From Deltaproteobacteria bacterium (GTDB taxonomy: Bacteria > Myxococcota > Kuafuiibacteriia > Kuafuiibacteriales > Kuafuiibacteriaceae): 64,000 nucleotides of DNA. Location: NCBI GenBank assembly GCA_040218735.1, contig JAVJQW010000017.1, positions 320,001 through 384,000 on the forward strand, written 5' to 3'. Of the stretch, positions 30,201-39,346 are shown piece by piece; within the stretch, counting starts at the first letter, position 1, and the number at the start of each line of letters is the position of its first letter. The notes below the pieces were generated by a model, which was not told where the DNA came from, did no database searches, and worked only from the letters and a program-made list of their open reading frames with translations. Position numbers and translations under genes: made by a program.

Positions 30201-31014
30201 GGCGTTCCTCGAAGGCAAACAGCCGTGGCTCGGCCGACTCCCGCCGTTCATGCGCGACGGTGCGTACGTGTCCTGGTCGGACGCGAGTGTGCACCCGATC
30301 CGCGCGCGGGAGGTCGACACGTGGAAGCTCGTCTCGCACGTCGAGCTCGAGGTCGACGCGGCGGGCAACGCCGCCGGCAAGGTCCAGCTCACGCTCCCCG
30401 GCACCTACGGCGCGCAGCTGCGGGAGTTCCTGTTGGGCGCGCGCGAGGAGCAAGCGCAACGTCAGTTGCAAGGCTGGTTGTCGTCGCTGATCCCCGGCGC
30501 GCGTCTGGTCGACTTCGAGACCGTCAACGCCGACACCCCTTCGCTCCCCTACGGGCTCGAAGCTCGCGTGGCGATCGACGCGTTCATGGTGCGCGAGGGG
30601 AACATGCTCGTGAACGAGCAGTTCTTCTGGAGCCTGCTCGCGTCGCGTTCGATCGGGATGCCGTCGCTCGGCACCTACCTACGGACGCCGGCGCGCAAGT
30701 CACCGATGTTCATCCGCGAGAACGCCGAGCAGATGACCGTCGTGGTGCGCTTCCCGTCGAACACTTCACAGCCGTTGGAGGCCCCCCAGAGCTTCACGCG
30801 CGGGATGGACTTCGGACAGTTCAGCCAGGCGTTCGAGTGGGACGCCGAGAAACACGAGGCGCGGCTCGTGCGCATCGAGGCGATGCCGCAGATGCGCCTG
30901 CCGGCGGAGGCGTTCGGGCCGTTCCGGGTGTCGGCGCAAGAGATCTTGCAGGCCCTCCGCAACCGGCTGGTGGTCCCGGTCGACGTGATGGCTCAGCTCA
31001 GCGCCAAACGCTGA
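27202..31014 (+). CDS. Lipoprotein TPR + DUF3857 + degenerate transglutaminase-like protein
   Basis: Lipobox AVAC; same domain order as the upstream gene; GDRAG in place of GDCKD; ATGA overlap. Confidence 0.75.
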   Translation: MKRAAWLLLLFAVACKTTSTAKRFEPLPTATPAEDARQRARGLKDDGVAAVVAWIEGNDRKYARERLDAGIEKAPNKAHLRIARAVLSLSELDEVAAWRDLAHVIEAAPDSAEAELAMVLIADRVRATRDAEVLSAALAKTMEAGRAERVVIASAISARIASGLNKDDDAKKAMARAGKLVDWRGIGPIAPLDHREMAERPRYVDSSDWSNPEPFRGAIPSIDSYGHTRRGHLRPKGSPGLYVFETFVELDEAGALLLDARLPTTSRIEIDGQLVVDHDLGDRQRPHRVRVPLRAGAGWHRVTLTMLGSPSHRVSIGLLAADGAPVVKQQAEALPKGAALVSVAPAVGQRAVDADMPIDAPDLVAKWIRSDDWSWFGRTMAAFVHLSGWYRDLESARAVLFGVDVAAPESAALHLAHGRLLRWTNRPSGMVQASVAEALELDPTHPAALVALAAAIQSDDADRALALVERAEKAAPHSLRPDVLRLRIYRERGWRAEAVELLRAIVKRDPPQSVLRDGAQFLRSLDYVEEANTLLARADAMTKDEVSIDAKLMRGQIDEAIAQLIEDGGPNNFARAARLLLTRGERDEAKKRADAAIERDPGHVGALEVRLRIAVLEEDAEAAKRIVAALRTQGSASISHEVLRSLVSGETLARPEAGSWLAKELKHDVWPQIRYLPGTDVPRGLDPADPNSRYASVRLLDRVVDHVRPNGQALSWRHEVTRLQTKEATDKAGEFRIPGDALPVTLRTLKPDGRMLDVDQHSGKNDLSFSALAPGDAVEREWVDVTSPATAWGGYMRRFYFSGTTPTERSDYVVVVPKGLKVWTHSYHGAPEPIVQDEGDHTIYLFTARDIEAFQPEPASAPWEEFVPFVAVAVEADHDRALAANTLGLDALTRTAYDVEATAHRIIKGVPEAEHVRAIFQWVTREIGDGRAREPSVVLATKRGDRAGIFAAMLRAIGVPAEVVLAESGGNLRISPRFPMTSRFEMGLVRITPKDQPTEWAFLEGKQPWLGRLPPFMRDGAYVSWSDASVHPIRAREVDTWKLVSHVELEVDAAGNAAGKVQLTLPGTYGAQLREFLLGAREEQAQRQLQGWLSSLIPGARLVDFETVNADTPSLPYGLEARVAIDAFMVREGNMLVNEQFFWSLLASRSIGMPSLGTYLRTPARKSPMFIRENAEQMTVVVRFPSNTSQPLEAPQSFTRGMDFGQFSQAFEWDAEKHEARLVRIEAMPQMRLPAEAFGPFRVSAQEILQALRNRLVVPVDVMAQLSAKR

Positions 31015-31790
31015 CGCCACTCCTGGATCAACCGGTCCGGGTGACTGTGCTCGACGGGGTGGAACGACGGCGCGAAGTACGCCAGGTACGGCACGATCAG
31101 GACACGTAGGAGCCCCGGCTCGCCCCACAGCTTCCTCATCCCGCGGCGCCACACACCGAAGTCGAACAGCTTGCCGCGCTCGCGGAGCAGGCCGACGTGG
31201 TACCAGCTCATGATCACCACCAGGAAGAACGACGACAGCAGCATCGTCCCGACGCGGCGCCCGTAGGAGCCGTCGACCTGCGCGAGCAGATCGAATGCGA
31301 CGTGTTTGTGCTCCGTCTCCTCGAGCGCGTGCCACAGCCACAGTCGTTGCACGGCCCCGGTCGCGGCGTCGTTGTGCTCGGGCGTCACCAGCAGCTGCTC
31401 CGCGAGGAGCGCGGTGATGTGCTCGAGGGCCACGGTGATCCCGAGCTGCGAACGCGCGGAGAGGCGACGACGCCCGAAGTCGAGGAGCCTCCGAAGGCGT
31501 CGCTCGTACTTCGGGACCTGCGTGAAGCCTTGCTCGACGAGCATCGCGTTGAACGCCCGGTGCGCTCGGCCGTGCATCGCCTCCTGTCCGATGAACCCGG
31601 CGATGTCCGCTTCGACCTCGGGGTTCGAGCCGCGGAACCGCTTCACGGCGTCGACGAAGAAGCGCTCGCCCTCCGGCAAGAGGATCGAGAAGGCGTTGAA
31701 GAACGCGGTGACGAACGGGTCGTTGGCGTACCAGTCGCGGTCGACGTTGGAGAAGTCGAAGTCGAGCGCGCGGCGAGGAATGGCTCCCAT
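30993..31790 (-). CDS. Predicted metal-dependent hydrolase
   Basis: PEGERFF, FIGQEAMH, ALEHITA, WHALEETEHKHVAFD, PSFHP motifs. Confidence 0.9.
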   Translation of the reverse strand: MGAIPRRALDFDFSNVDRDWYANDPFVTAFFNAFSILLPEGERFFVDAVKRFRGSNPEVEADIAGFIGQEAMHGRAHRAFNAMLVEQGFTQVPKYERRLRRLLDFGRRRLSARSQLGITVALEHITALLAEQLLVTPEHNDAATGAVQRLWLWHALEETEHKHVAFDLLAQVDGSYGRRVGTMLLSSFFLVVIMSWYHVGLLRERGKLFDFGVWRRGMRKLWGEPGLLRVLIVPYLAYFAPSFHPVEHSHPDRLIQEWRQRLALS

Positions 31791-31914
31791 GTCTCGATCT
31801 TGGTCATCGACGCCAGCGGGACAATGTCATGTCGTGCCAGTTGTTGGTCCGAACGGGCCAGGCGCGGGGGCCTCTTGCAAGCGCGCGGACGGTCGGGTGT
31901 GCTTCGAGACGAGG

Positions 31915-32907
31915 ATGCGCGCCGAGCACCCGACGTTTCACGGCTCCTACGCCCTGCAGCTCCTCCAGCTCGTGGAGCGCTGGGACGTGCGCCCCGAGGC
32001 GATGCTGGAGGGGCTCGACCTCGACGTCGACGAGCTGGCGGATCCGCGCACCTTCATCCCGCTCCCGACCGCGCGTACGTTGGTCGAGCGTGCGTACGCA
32101 TTGACCGACGAGCCGGCGCTCGGGTTCTTCATGGGGACGGCGCTGCGGCTGTCGGCGCACGGTTACCTCGGCTTCGCAGCGCTCGCGGCGAAGGACGTCT
32201 CCGGTGCGCTCGCCGTCGCGGAGCGGTTCGTCTCCACGCGGACCGACGCGATTCGTTTTGTCTCCAAGCGGACCGACGGGCGTGTGGCGCTGACGGTCGA
32301 GCTGAACCCGGCGCTCGGCGATGCGTTCACGACGTTCCTCGTGGGCACGGTGTTCGTGACGATCGCGTTTGCGGCCGAGTTCATCACGCAACAGAAGCTC
32401 GACGGCGTCGCGGAGGTGACCTTCGCCGAGCGGCCGGAGTTCGCGCGCTTCGCAGACGTGCTGCACGGGACGGTGCGCTACGGGCAGCCGAAGAACCGGC
32501 TCCTCTTCGACGCCGAGATCCTCGAGCTGCCGCTCGTCATGGCGGACGACGCCGCATCGCGGCTCGCGGTCGAGCAGTGCGAGGCGGAGCTGTCGCGCAT
32601 GTCGGATCTCGAGCCGGCGGTCGCGGAGGTCCGGCGGCACCTGCCGACCGCCGGGGGCTTTCGATCCCTGGAGTCCGTCGCCGAGCGCATGCACGTCTCG
32701 CCGCGAACGTTGAAGCGCAAGCTGGCGAGCGCGGGGACCTCGTTCTCGCAGCTCCTCGACGAGATGCGACGCGCGCAGGCCGAATCGTTGCTGGAGGACC
32801 CCGCGCTCGGGTTGGACGACATCGCGGCGCGTCTGGGCTACGCCAACGCCGCGAACTTCTCGCGCGCGTTCCGCCGGTGGACCGGACGAACCCCGCGCGG
32901 CGGCTGA
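31915..32907 (+). CDS. AraC-family transcriptional regulator
   Basis: C-terminal VAERMHVSPRTLKRKL...IAARLGYANAANFSRAFRRWTGRTP; divergent from the hydrolase. Confidence 0.92.
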   Translation: MRAEHPTFHGSYALQLLQLVERWDVRPEAMLEGLDLDVDELADPRTFIPLPTARTLVERAYALTDEPALGFFMGTALRLSAHGYLGFAALAAKDVSGALAVAERFVSTRTDAIRFVSKRTDGRVALTVELNPALGDAFTTFLVGTVFVTIAFAAEFITQQKLDGVAEVTFAERPEFARFADVLHGTVRYGQPKNRLLFDAEILELPLVMADDAASRLAVEQCEAELSRMSDLEPAVAEVRRHLPTAGGFRSLESVAERMHVSPRTLKRKLASAGTSFSQLLDEMRRAQAESLLEDPALGLDDIAARLGYANAANFSRAFRRWTGRTPRGG

Positions 32908-32949
32908 ACCGCGTTGCGTCGCGGTGAGCGGCGCGCCACAGTGGCGGCC

Positions 32950-33747
32950 ATGAGCACGTTTTCGCCGAGCGGAGTCATCACGCTGACCACGGACTTCGGG
33001 CACAAGGGCCCGTTCGTGGCGTCGATGAAGGGCGTGATGATGACGCGTTTCCCGAACGTGCGGATCGTCGACCTCACGCACGAGATCGTGGAGCACTGGC
33101 CGGCCGAGGCGGGCTTCTGGCTGGAGCGCTCGTACCGCTACTTCCCGCAGGGCACGGTGCACATGGCGGTCGTGGACCCGGGCGTCGGGACTTCGCGGCA
33201 CATCATCGCCGCCGAGCACGACGGTCACGTGTTCATCGCGCCGGACAACGGGCTGCTCACACCGATGCTCGACCTGGACGCGGAGTTCGTCCGCGCGATC
33301 GACATCGCGCGCATCGGCAAGCTCGTCCCCGACACCCCCAGCGCCACCTTCCACGGCCGCGACATCTTCGCGCCGGTGGCGGCGGAGATCGCCGCGGGCC
33401 GACTGCGCGTGACCGACGTCGGCTTCGTGGTGCGCGAGCTCGTCCCTTCGTGGGTCGAGCCGGCGGAGATCGTGGGCGACGAGATCCGCGGCATGGTCAT
33501 CGCGGTCGACAACTTCGGCAACCTGATGACCAACGTCGGGGCCGAGCTGCTGAAGGACTTCGGCGGGACGGCGGTGCACGTCGGCGGCATCGACGCGCCC
33601 ATTCACCGGACGTATGCGGACAAGAAGCCCGGGGAGTACCTCGCGCTGTTGAACTCGTTCGACGTCCTCGAGGTCGCGCGCGCCGAGAAAAGCGCATCCG
33701 ACGATCTCGGGGTGTCGCGCGGCGCGCCGGTGGTGGTGAAGCGCTGA
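32950..33747 (+). CDS. SAM hydroxide adenosyltransferase (DUF62; chlorinase/fluorinase family)
   Basis: ITLTTDFG, VVDPGVGTSR, APDNGLL, SATFHGRDIFAPVAA, DNFGN. Confidence 0.92.
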   Translation: MSTFSPSGVITLTTDFGHKGPFVASMKGVMMTRFPNVRIVDLTHEIVEHWPAEAGFWLERSYRYFPQGTVHMAVVDPGVGTSRHIIAAEHDGHVFIAPDNGLLTPMLDLDAEFVRAIDIARIGKLVPDTPSATFHGRDIFAPVAAEIAAGRLRVTDVGFVVRELVPSWVEPAEIVGDEIRGMVIAVDNFGNLMTNVGAELLKDFGGTAVHVGGIDAPIHRTYADKKPGEYLALLNSFDVLEVARAEKSASDDLGVSRGAPVVVKR

Positions 33748-33750
33748 CGC

Positions 33751-36189
33751 TCAGGGCGCCGGGGGGATCGGCTCCGCGACGTCCTTGCACTGGTACCGCT
33801 CGGTGAAGTCCGCCTGCTCGAAGTCCGGGTCGAGCGGCGCGGGCTCCGCGTACGCAAACTCCTGGCCGTTGATCGACACGACACCGCGGATGAAGTTCGT
33901 CTGACCGGTGCCGACGTACGAGCCATTGAAGGCCTCGATCCGAACGTAGTCGATCTGCACGTCGAACTGTTTGCCGTCGAAGAAGATCGTCGCGGGGGTG
34001 CTGGAGAGCTCGACGTCCGTCATGTGCGCGATGTTGGTCTGCGTGCCGAAGTAACCCGGCTCGCTCGCCCTCTCCGCGAGGATCGGCTTCACGTGCGCGC
34101 GCACGGTCGCCGACTCGATGAACATCGCACGCGACGACTCCATCGCGCCGGGTTCGAGGTCGTACGCGACGAACCGATCGAGGGCCACGGCGTGCATCGT
34201 GATGTCGACCGGCTCGTTGCCCTTCGGGATGATCGAATCGAAGAGGAAGTACTCCGTGTCGCGCAGCCCGCTCACGGTGCGCGTCACGTTGAAGTCCGCG
34301 GTACCGCCGTAGTTCTTCGTGCGACCCTTGCAGTCTTCGTCGTACTGCGTCCCGTTGCGCCCGTTCAGGCGGCAGCCGTCGATCGTCCAGGTCATCGACC
34401 CCATCTCGCCGTCGTCGCCGACGACCTCGTCCGGGAACGCCTTCACGCGTAGCGCCTCGAAGCCACAGTCGTCGTCGTTGTTGATCAAGGTGCCGAGCGC
34501 GCCGACGGTCTGAACGACCAGGCGCCCCGCCCCCTCGGCGAGCGCCTGCTGCATGTCGCACTCGCTGTCGTCCTTCGGGATGCGAAGGTCCGCGTCGCAG
34601 GTGTAGCTGCTGTCGAACGCCGCCGCGTCGAAGCCGGGGTCGAGGATCGGCGCGTCGGAGATCGGGATGTCGAACACGTCACCGTCGACGACCATCTGCC
34701 CCGCGAGGTAGTTCTCGCGATCGCCCTTCCGGCCGTTCTGCGCTTCGAGGTTGGAGGTGTCGAGCCCGACACCGAACGTGAGGCCGCCGCTCGCGACCTC
34801 CACGACGGCGTTCGACCACCGCACTTCTTCGAAGCTCGTCACCGGCGTCTGTTTGCTGCACGCGCCGGTGACGACGTCGATGGCTACGCGCGGGAGCACG
34901 CGCCCCGACAGCTCACCGGACTCCACGCTGAGCACGTTCTCACCCGGGTCGGTCCAGACCGAGAAGCCCTCGAAGGCCGCGGTGATCTCCACCGCCGCGG
35001 GGTCGCGCGTGGTCGGGACGATCGCGTCCTCCGGGTCGCCGGAGACGTATCCGCGCACCGTCTTCGTCCCGCGGACGTGGATGGTGCCCGTGGCGTAGGT
35101 GTTCTTGCCGTTGCAGTCGGTGTCGATGACGGTGCCCGCGTCGAAGCGCATCGTGCACGACGGCATCGTGTACGTCGCGGCGCCGCCCGGCTCGCCGACG
35201 TTGCCTTGGACGATGGGGTTGTACTTCACGTCGGCGCTCGAGAAGCCGCAGCTCTCGTCGGCCTCGGCGAGTTTGGCGAGCATGCCGAGCGTTTGGATCG
35301 TCAGCTGCGATGCGCCCTGCGCGACGATCGGGCGGATGTCGGTCTGGCAGTCGTAGCGGACGGGGACGGCGAGCTCCGGTTTACACGCGTACGCTTCGAT
35401 CTGCTTGGCGCGATCGTAGTCGGGGTTGAGGGCGTGCTCGTCGTCGCTGGTCGGGATCGCCTCTTCCGAGCCCCACACGTTGATCGTACCCCACAGCTCG
35501 TTCTCGCGGTCCTCGAACCTGCCGTTCACCGCGGAGAGGTTGGAGCCGTTCACCTCCACCTCGAAGTCGCGGTCCTCCGTGACGATGCGGACGCGCGAGG
35601 GCGCGTACTGGATCGCTTCGAGCGTGGCGTCGCCGGTCGCTACCGAGCACACGCCGCGGTCGCGGTCGGCGGCGACGCGCGGTTTCACGATCGCGGCGAC
35701 GGAGCCGGTGATCATCGTTAGGGACGCGTCGCTGTCGGAGCTGGCGACCTTGAAGTGGTCGTACTCGGCGCGCTCGATGTGGACGGTGACCGCGGTCGGT
35801 CCGGCGGGGACGACGGGGGTGCCGCGGTCGCCGGTGATGTACCCTTCGATGGTCCGCGTCGCGGTGACCTTCACGTGGCCGCTCATCTCGGAGGCGACGT
35901 CGTTGCAGTCGGTGCTCACCTCGGGTGTGCCGAAGTCGAGCTCGCAGCCCTCCACGCGCCACGTGACGCTGCCGGTCTGCCCGGGCTCCGCGGAGGCGAC
36001 CCAGCTGTCCTTCGCGGCTTCACTCTCGAAGCCGCACACCGCGTCGTCGTTGATCGCGCTGGCGATCGCGCCGACGTTCCGGATCGTGAGCCGCGCGAGC
36101 CCCTGACCCACACGACCCGGAGCGCACTTCTCACAAGCGACCAACGACAGCGCGAGGAAGATGACGGCGTAAGGCTTCCGCTCGACCAT
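33751..36189 (-). CDS. Lipoprotein made of three tandem ~260-aa homologous domains
   Basis: Lipobox LVAC; G..RL...G......D..CGF recurs three times, each unit ending L(N/D)P.(Y/F)......Y.C. Confidence 0.8.
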   Translation of the reverse strand: MVERKPYAVIFLALSLVACEKCAPGRVGQGLARLTIRNVGAIASAINDDAVCGFESEAAKDSWVASAEPGQTGSVTWRVEGCELDFGTPEVSTDCNDVASEMSGHVKVTATRTIEGYITGDRGTPVVPAGPTAVTVHIERAEYDHFKVASSDSDASLTMITGSVAAIVKPRVAADRDRGVCSVATGDATLEAIQYAPSRVRIVTEDRDFEVEVNGSNLSAVNGRFEDRENELWGTINVWGSEEAIPTSDDEHALNPDYDRAKQIEAYACKPELAVPVRYDCQTDIRPIVAQGASQLTIQTLGMLAKLAEADESCGFSSADVKYNPIVQGNVGEPGGAATYTMPSCTMRFDAGTVIDTDCNGKNTYATGTIHVRGTKTVRGYVSGDPEDAIVPTTRDPAAVEITAAFEGFSVWTDPGENVLSVESGELSGRVLPRVAIDVVTGACSKQTPVTSFEEVRWSNAVVEVASGGLTFGVGLDTSNLEAQNGRKGDRENYLAGQMVVDGDVFDIPISDAPILDPGFDAAAFDSSYTCDADLRIPKDDSECDMQQALAEGAGRLVVQTVGALGTLINNDDDCGFEALRVKAFPDEVVGDDGEMGSMTWTIDGCRLNGRNGTQYDEDCKGRTKNYGGTADFNVTRTVSGLRDTEYFLFDSIIPKGNEPVDITMHAVALDRFVAYDLEPGAMESSRAMFIESATVRAHVKPILAERASEPGYFGTQTNIAHMTDVELSSTPATIFFDGKQFDVQIDYVRIEAFNGSYVGTGQTNFIRGVVSINGQEFAYAEPAPLDPDFEQADFTERYQCKDVAEPIPPAP

Positions 36190-36213
36190 GGAGCGAGTGA
36201 AGCACAAAGTATG

Positions 36214-36234
36214 TAGTAGCACTCAATGCTACTA
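36214..36234. promoter_or_regulatory. AT-rich inverted repeat TAGTAGCA-N5-TGCTACTA
   Basis: Perfect 8-bp arms in the short gap between two minus-strand genes. Confidence 0.5.
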
Positions 36235-36236
36235 GG

Positions 36237-37388
36237 TCATTCGTCGTACTCCGGCTTCTGGACCGGATAGTCCAGCTCGTCGCCACGGAGCGCGCGTTCG
36301 ACCCGATCGAGCAAGATGTCCAGCTGGTGGAGCGTCGCCGCCGGACGCGTCGCGTCGAGGTGGCCGAGCGCGAGCTCCGTCTCGCCGGTCCTCGCGTAAG
36401 CCTCCGCGAGGAAGAGTCTGACGACGACGAGCATCCCGGCGTAGATGGCGCGCGGCTTCAGGTTGGCGACCTCCGCAACGGCCCCTTCGAGGCGCGCTCG
36501 GGCCTCCGCGTAGCGCTTGCGCTCCAACGCGTGGACGCCTTCGACCCACGCCACGGAGAACCGCATCGGGGGCATGAGGGACGCACGATCCAGACGCGCG
36601 AGATAGGCCTCTGCGCCCGCGAGGTCACCAGCGAGGACCGCCCGCTTCTGCGCAAGCTCGAGGAGGAGCATTGGGTTGTCAGGCTGCGCTGCGAGGGCGC
36701 GCTCCGACCAACGCAGCGCACCGTCGTAGTCGTGGGCTCGGTCGAGGATCGTCGCGACCTGGCTCGCGTAGGCCACGTCGGGCACGACCCCCTCGTACGG
36801 CTCGATGGTGCGGAGGGCCTCGGCGTGGGCCCCCTGGCTACCGAGGACCTTCGCGCGCATGTGCGCGAGCGTGAAGTCATCGAGGTGGGCGCTCAGCGCG
36901 TCGAGGTGGTGAAGCGCGTCGTCCCAACGACCTTCGAAGTGCGCCAGGTGAAAGGCCTCGTGTGCTCGCGTGGGTCCGAACCACGTCACGAAGGTCGCCC
37001 CCGCCAACGGCGTCAGCGCGAGCCCCAACGCGGCGACGCTGATCCACCCGAACGCACCGCCCATGACGTACTCGCCCACGGCAGCGACGGCAGCGAGGGC
37101 GATCAACCAACGCAACCGACGCGCGATCTCGAGCGCGGCCAAGAGCCACAAGGAGCCGCCCCCTTCGCCAAGTCGAACGCGGTCCTCGGCGGACATGTTC
37201 TCGAGGAGCTCGCGCGCATCGACATCGCGTAGCACGATGCCGCCGGTCAGCGAGTCGTCGGTACGCAGCGCGATGACGCGGTGCCCCGCCTTCTTCGCCT
37301 CCTCGACGGCGAGGGCGCCACTGGCGGCCTCGATGCGGACGAAGTCACTACGGCCCGCGTCCCCCTCGACCTCCACGATGAACTGCAC
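36237..37388 (-). CDS. Membrane-anchored TPR protein
   Basis: Two TM segments followed by TPR-like helices (ALRWSERALAAQPDN). Confidence 0.65.
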   Translation of the reverse strand: MQFIVEVEGDAGRSDFVRIEAASGALAVEEAKKAGHRVIALRTDDSLTGGIVLRDVDARELLENMSAEDRVRLGEGGGSLWLLAALEIARRLRWLIALAAVAAVGEYVMGGAFGWISVAALGLALTPLAGATFVTWFGPTRAHEAFHLAHFEGRWDDALHHLDALSAHLDDFTLAHMRAKVLGSQGAHAEALRTIEPYEGVVPDVAYASQVATILDRAHDYDGALRWSERALAAQPDNPMLLLELAQKRAVLAGDLAGAEAYLARLDRASLMPPMRFSVAWVEGVHALERKRYAEARARLEGAVAEVANLKPRAIYAGMLVVVRLFLAEAYARTGETELALGHLDATRPAATLHQLDILLDRVERALRGDELDYPVQKPEYDE

Positions 37389-37471
37389 GGCTCGACTATC
37401 CGTCGCCAGCGCGCTTTCGAGAAGGGCCTGCGTTGCGTCCCACGCTCTCGGGTGTTTCGATTCGAAGCGCC

Positions 37472-37882
37472 GTGGCCGGGTACTCGGGGACGCCGCTCGT
37501 CAAGAAGCTCGGGATCAAGGAGGGGCACGCCGTCCTCCTCCTCGACGCGCCCGACGGCTTCGACGCGACGCTCGGCGCGCTCCCGCTGGGCGTCGACGTC
37601 CGCACCACCCTCCGAAGCCGAGGGCCGTTCGACGTCATCGTCTGCTTCACGAAGTCCCGCGCGAAGATCCTCGCGTCCTTCGACAAACTCCACGCGCGCA
37701 TGAAACCGGCGTGCGGCCTGTGGTTCTGCTGGCCGAAGAAGGCCTCGAAGGTTCCGACCGACGTCACCGAGGACGTCATCCGAAACATCGCCCTCGAGAA
37801 GGGCCTCGTCGACAACAAGGTCTGCGCGGTCGATCAGGTCTGGTCAGGGCTGCGCGTCGTCATCCGTCGCGAGAACCGATGA
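37472..37882 (+). CDS. DUF3052-family protein
   Basis: AGYSGTPLVKKLGIK, WPKKASKVPTD, GLVDNKVCAVDQVWSGLR. Confidence 0.85.
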   Translation: MAGYSGTPLVKKLGIKEGHAVLLLDAPDGFDATLGALPLGVDVRTTLRSRGPFDVIVCFTKSRAKILASFDKLHARMKPACGLWFCWPKKASKVPTDVTEDVIRNIALEKGLVDNKVCAVDQVWSGLRVVIRRENR

Positions 37883-37919
37883 CACGTTTGCGAGGCGCGC
37901 GCGCTCCGGGCACGCTGCG

Positions 37920-39344
37920 GTGATGCGACGCCTCGCCTGGACCGCCGTCTTCCTCGCTGCGTGCAGCGGCAACGATCGTGAGCCCGGCCCGCCCGTCGTC
38001 ATCGTCGACGCGGGCAGCTCGAGAGACGCCGGCACCGACGAGCCCCCGCGCGACGCCGGCACCACCGACGCCGGCTCCCGCGACGGCGGCACACGCGACG
38101 GCGGACCCCACGACGGCGGGGCACGCGACGGCGGCCCGCGCGACGGCGGAACACGCGACGGCGGGAGCACCCCGGCGTGCGCGTGGCCCCTCGGCGCTCC
38201 GCTCGGCAACGGCGTGAACCCACCGCCGCGTCGCGACCACGCGATCGCCGCGGATCCCGAGTGCCGACGTGTGCTGATCTTCGGCGGCAACGACGCGGTC
38301 CCGAACAATTGCGCGCCGACCGCCGCGAACTACCTCGGCGACTTCTACACCTACGACCTCGCGACCAACGCCTGGTACACGCAGCCCGTCGCGTCCGGCG
38401 TCGCGCCGGGCCCCCGCGCGCGCGCCGGCGCCGTTTGGGATCCGATGCGGCGCCGCTTCGTGATGTTCGGCGGCCGCTACCGCGCCGGCACCACCGGCAA
38501 CTACACGCACTACGACGAGCTGTGGGCGTACGACGTCACGACGCAGACCTGGAGCCCGCTCGTCTCCGGCGCCCCGACCTCGCCCTCACCGCGGATGGGC
38601 TTGGTCATGGAGGCCGACCCGACGCGCGACCGCTTCGTCCTGCACGGCGGCGGCGAAGCGACCAGCCTCGAGTTCATCCCGCGGAACGACACGTGGGCGT
38701 ACAGCTACGCCCTCGCCGACTGGTCACGCATCGGCCTCATCAGCGCACCACCCGGACGCCTCCTGCACGCCGGCGCGCTCGACTCCGCGGCGGGGCACCT
38801 CGACATCTTCGGCGGCGGCGACGAAAACGCGTTCTTCGGCTTCCGCGCCGAGGCGTGGCGCCTCGACTTCGGCACCGACACCTGGACACAACACCCGATG
38901 GGCCCGGGCGAACGCGCCTTCACGCACATGGTCCACGACGCCGACTCGGGCGCCTCCGTCGTGTTCGGCGGCAACACGGCCGAGCAGATCGGCATCGACA
39001 ACGATCTGTGGCGCCTCGCCGGTTCGCCGCCCACCTGGACGCGCGTGCGCCAGGGCGACGTCTACGCAAACCCGGCGCGCGGCTTCTGTGACTTCCCCGG
39101 CGACTTCACGACCGCCGACCTCGCGAGCCCCGAGCGCCGCGACGGCGCGGGCTTCGTCGCGGTGTCCTCGTCGGAGGCAATCCTCTTCGGCGGTCGCAGC
39201 GACTGCGGCGTCCTCAACGACACCTGGCACCTCGACCTGAGCACGAACACCTGGACCGAGCAGATCGTCTCCGACGCCGGGCTCACCTGTCCGCGCCGCG
39301 CGGGCGCGAGCTGCGCTGGAGCCAACTCGAACCTCTGCGAATAG
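37920..39344 (+). CDS. Kelch-repeat beta-propeller lipoprotein
   Basis: Lipobox LAAC; DGG-repeat stalk; repeated (F/H)GG...W.YD....W blades. Confidence 0.85.
   Translation: MMRRLAWTAVFLAACSGNDREPGPPVVIVDAGSSRDAGTDEPPRDAGTTDAGSRDGGTRDGGPHDGGARDGGPRDGGTRDGGSTPACAWPLGAPLGNGVNPPPRRDHAIAADPECRRVLIFGGNDAVPNNCAPTAANYLGDFYTYDLATNAWYTQPVASGVAPGPRARAGAVWDPMRRRFVMFGGRYRAGTTGNYTHYDELWAYDVTTQTWSPLVSGAPTSPSPRMGLVMEADPTRDRFVLHGGGEATSLEFIPRNDTWAYSYALADWSRIGLISAPPGRLLHAGALDSAAGHLDIFGGGDENAFFGFRAEAWRLDFGTDTWTQHPMGPGERAFTHMVHDADSGASVVFGGNTAEQIGIDNDLWRLAGSPPTWTRVRQGDVYANPARGFCDFPGDFTTADLASPERRDGAGFVAVSSSEAILFGGRSDCGVLNDTWHLDLSTNTWTEQIVSDAGLTCPRRAGASCAGANSNLCE
38007..38166 (+). repeat. 15-nt coding tandem repeat (RDGGx / DAG)
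   Basis: DAGSRDGGTRDGGPHDGGARDGGPRDGGTRDGG. Confidence 0.85.
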
Positions 39345-39346
39345 GT

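Noticed and set aside
31306-31914. N-terminal extension of the AraC ORF
   Set aside because: Antisense to the hydrolase gene; SD GAGG and typical family length support a start at 31915.
32950-33747. Fluorinase/chlorinase (halogenation pathway)
   Set aside because: It retains the Asp/Arg/His motifs (DPGVG..R, TFHGRD) of DUF62 hydroxide adenosyltransferases and has no biosynthetic cluster context.
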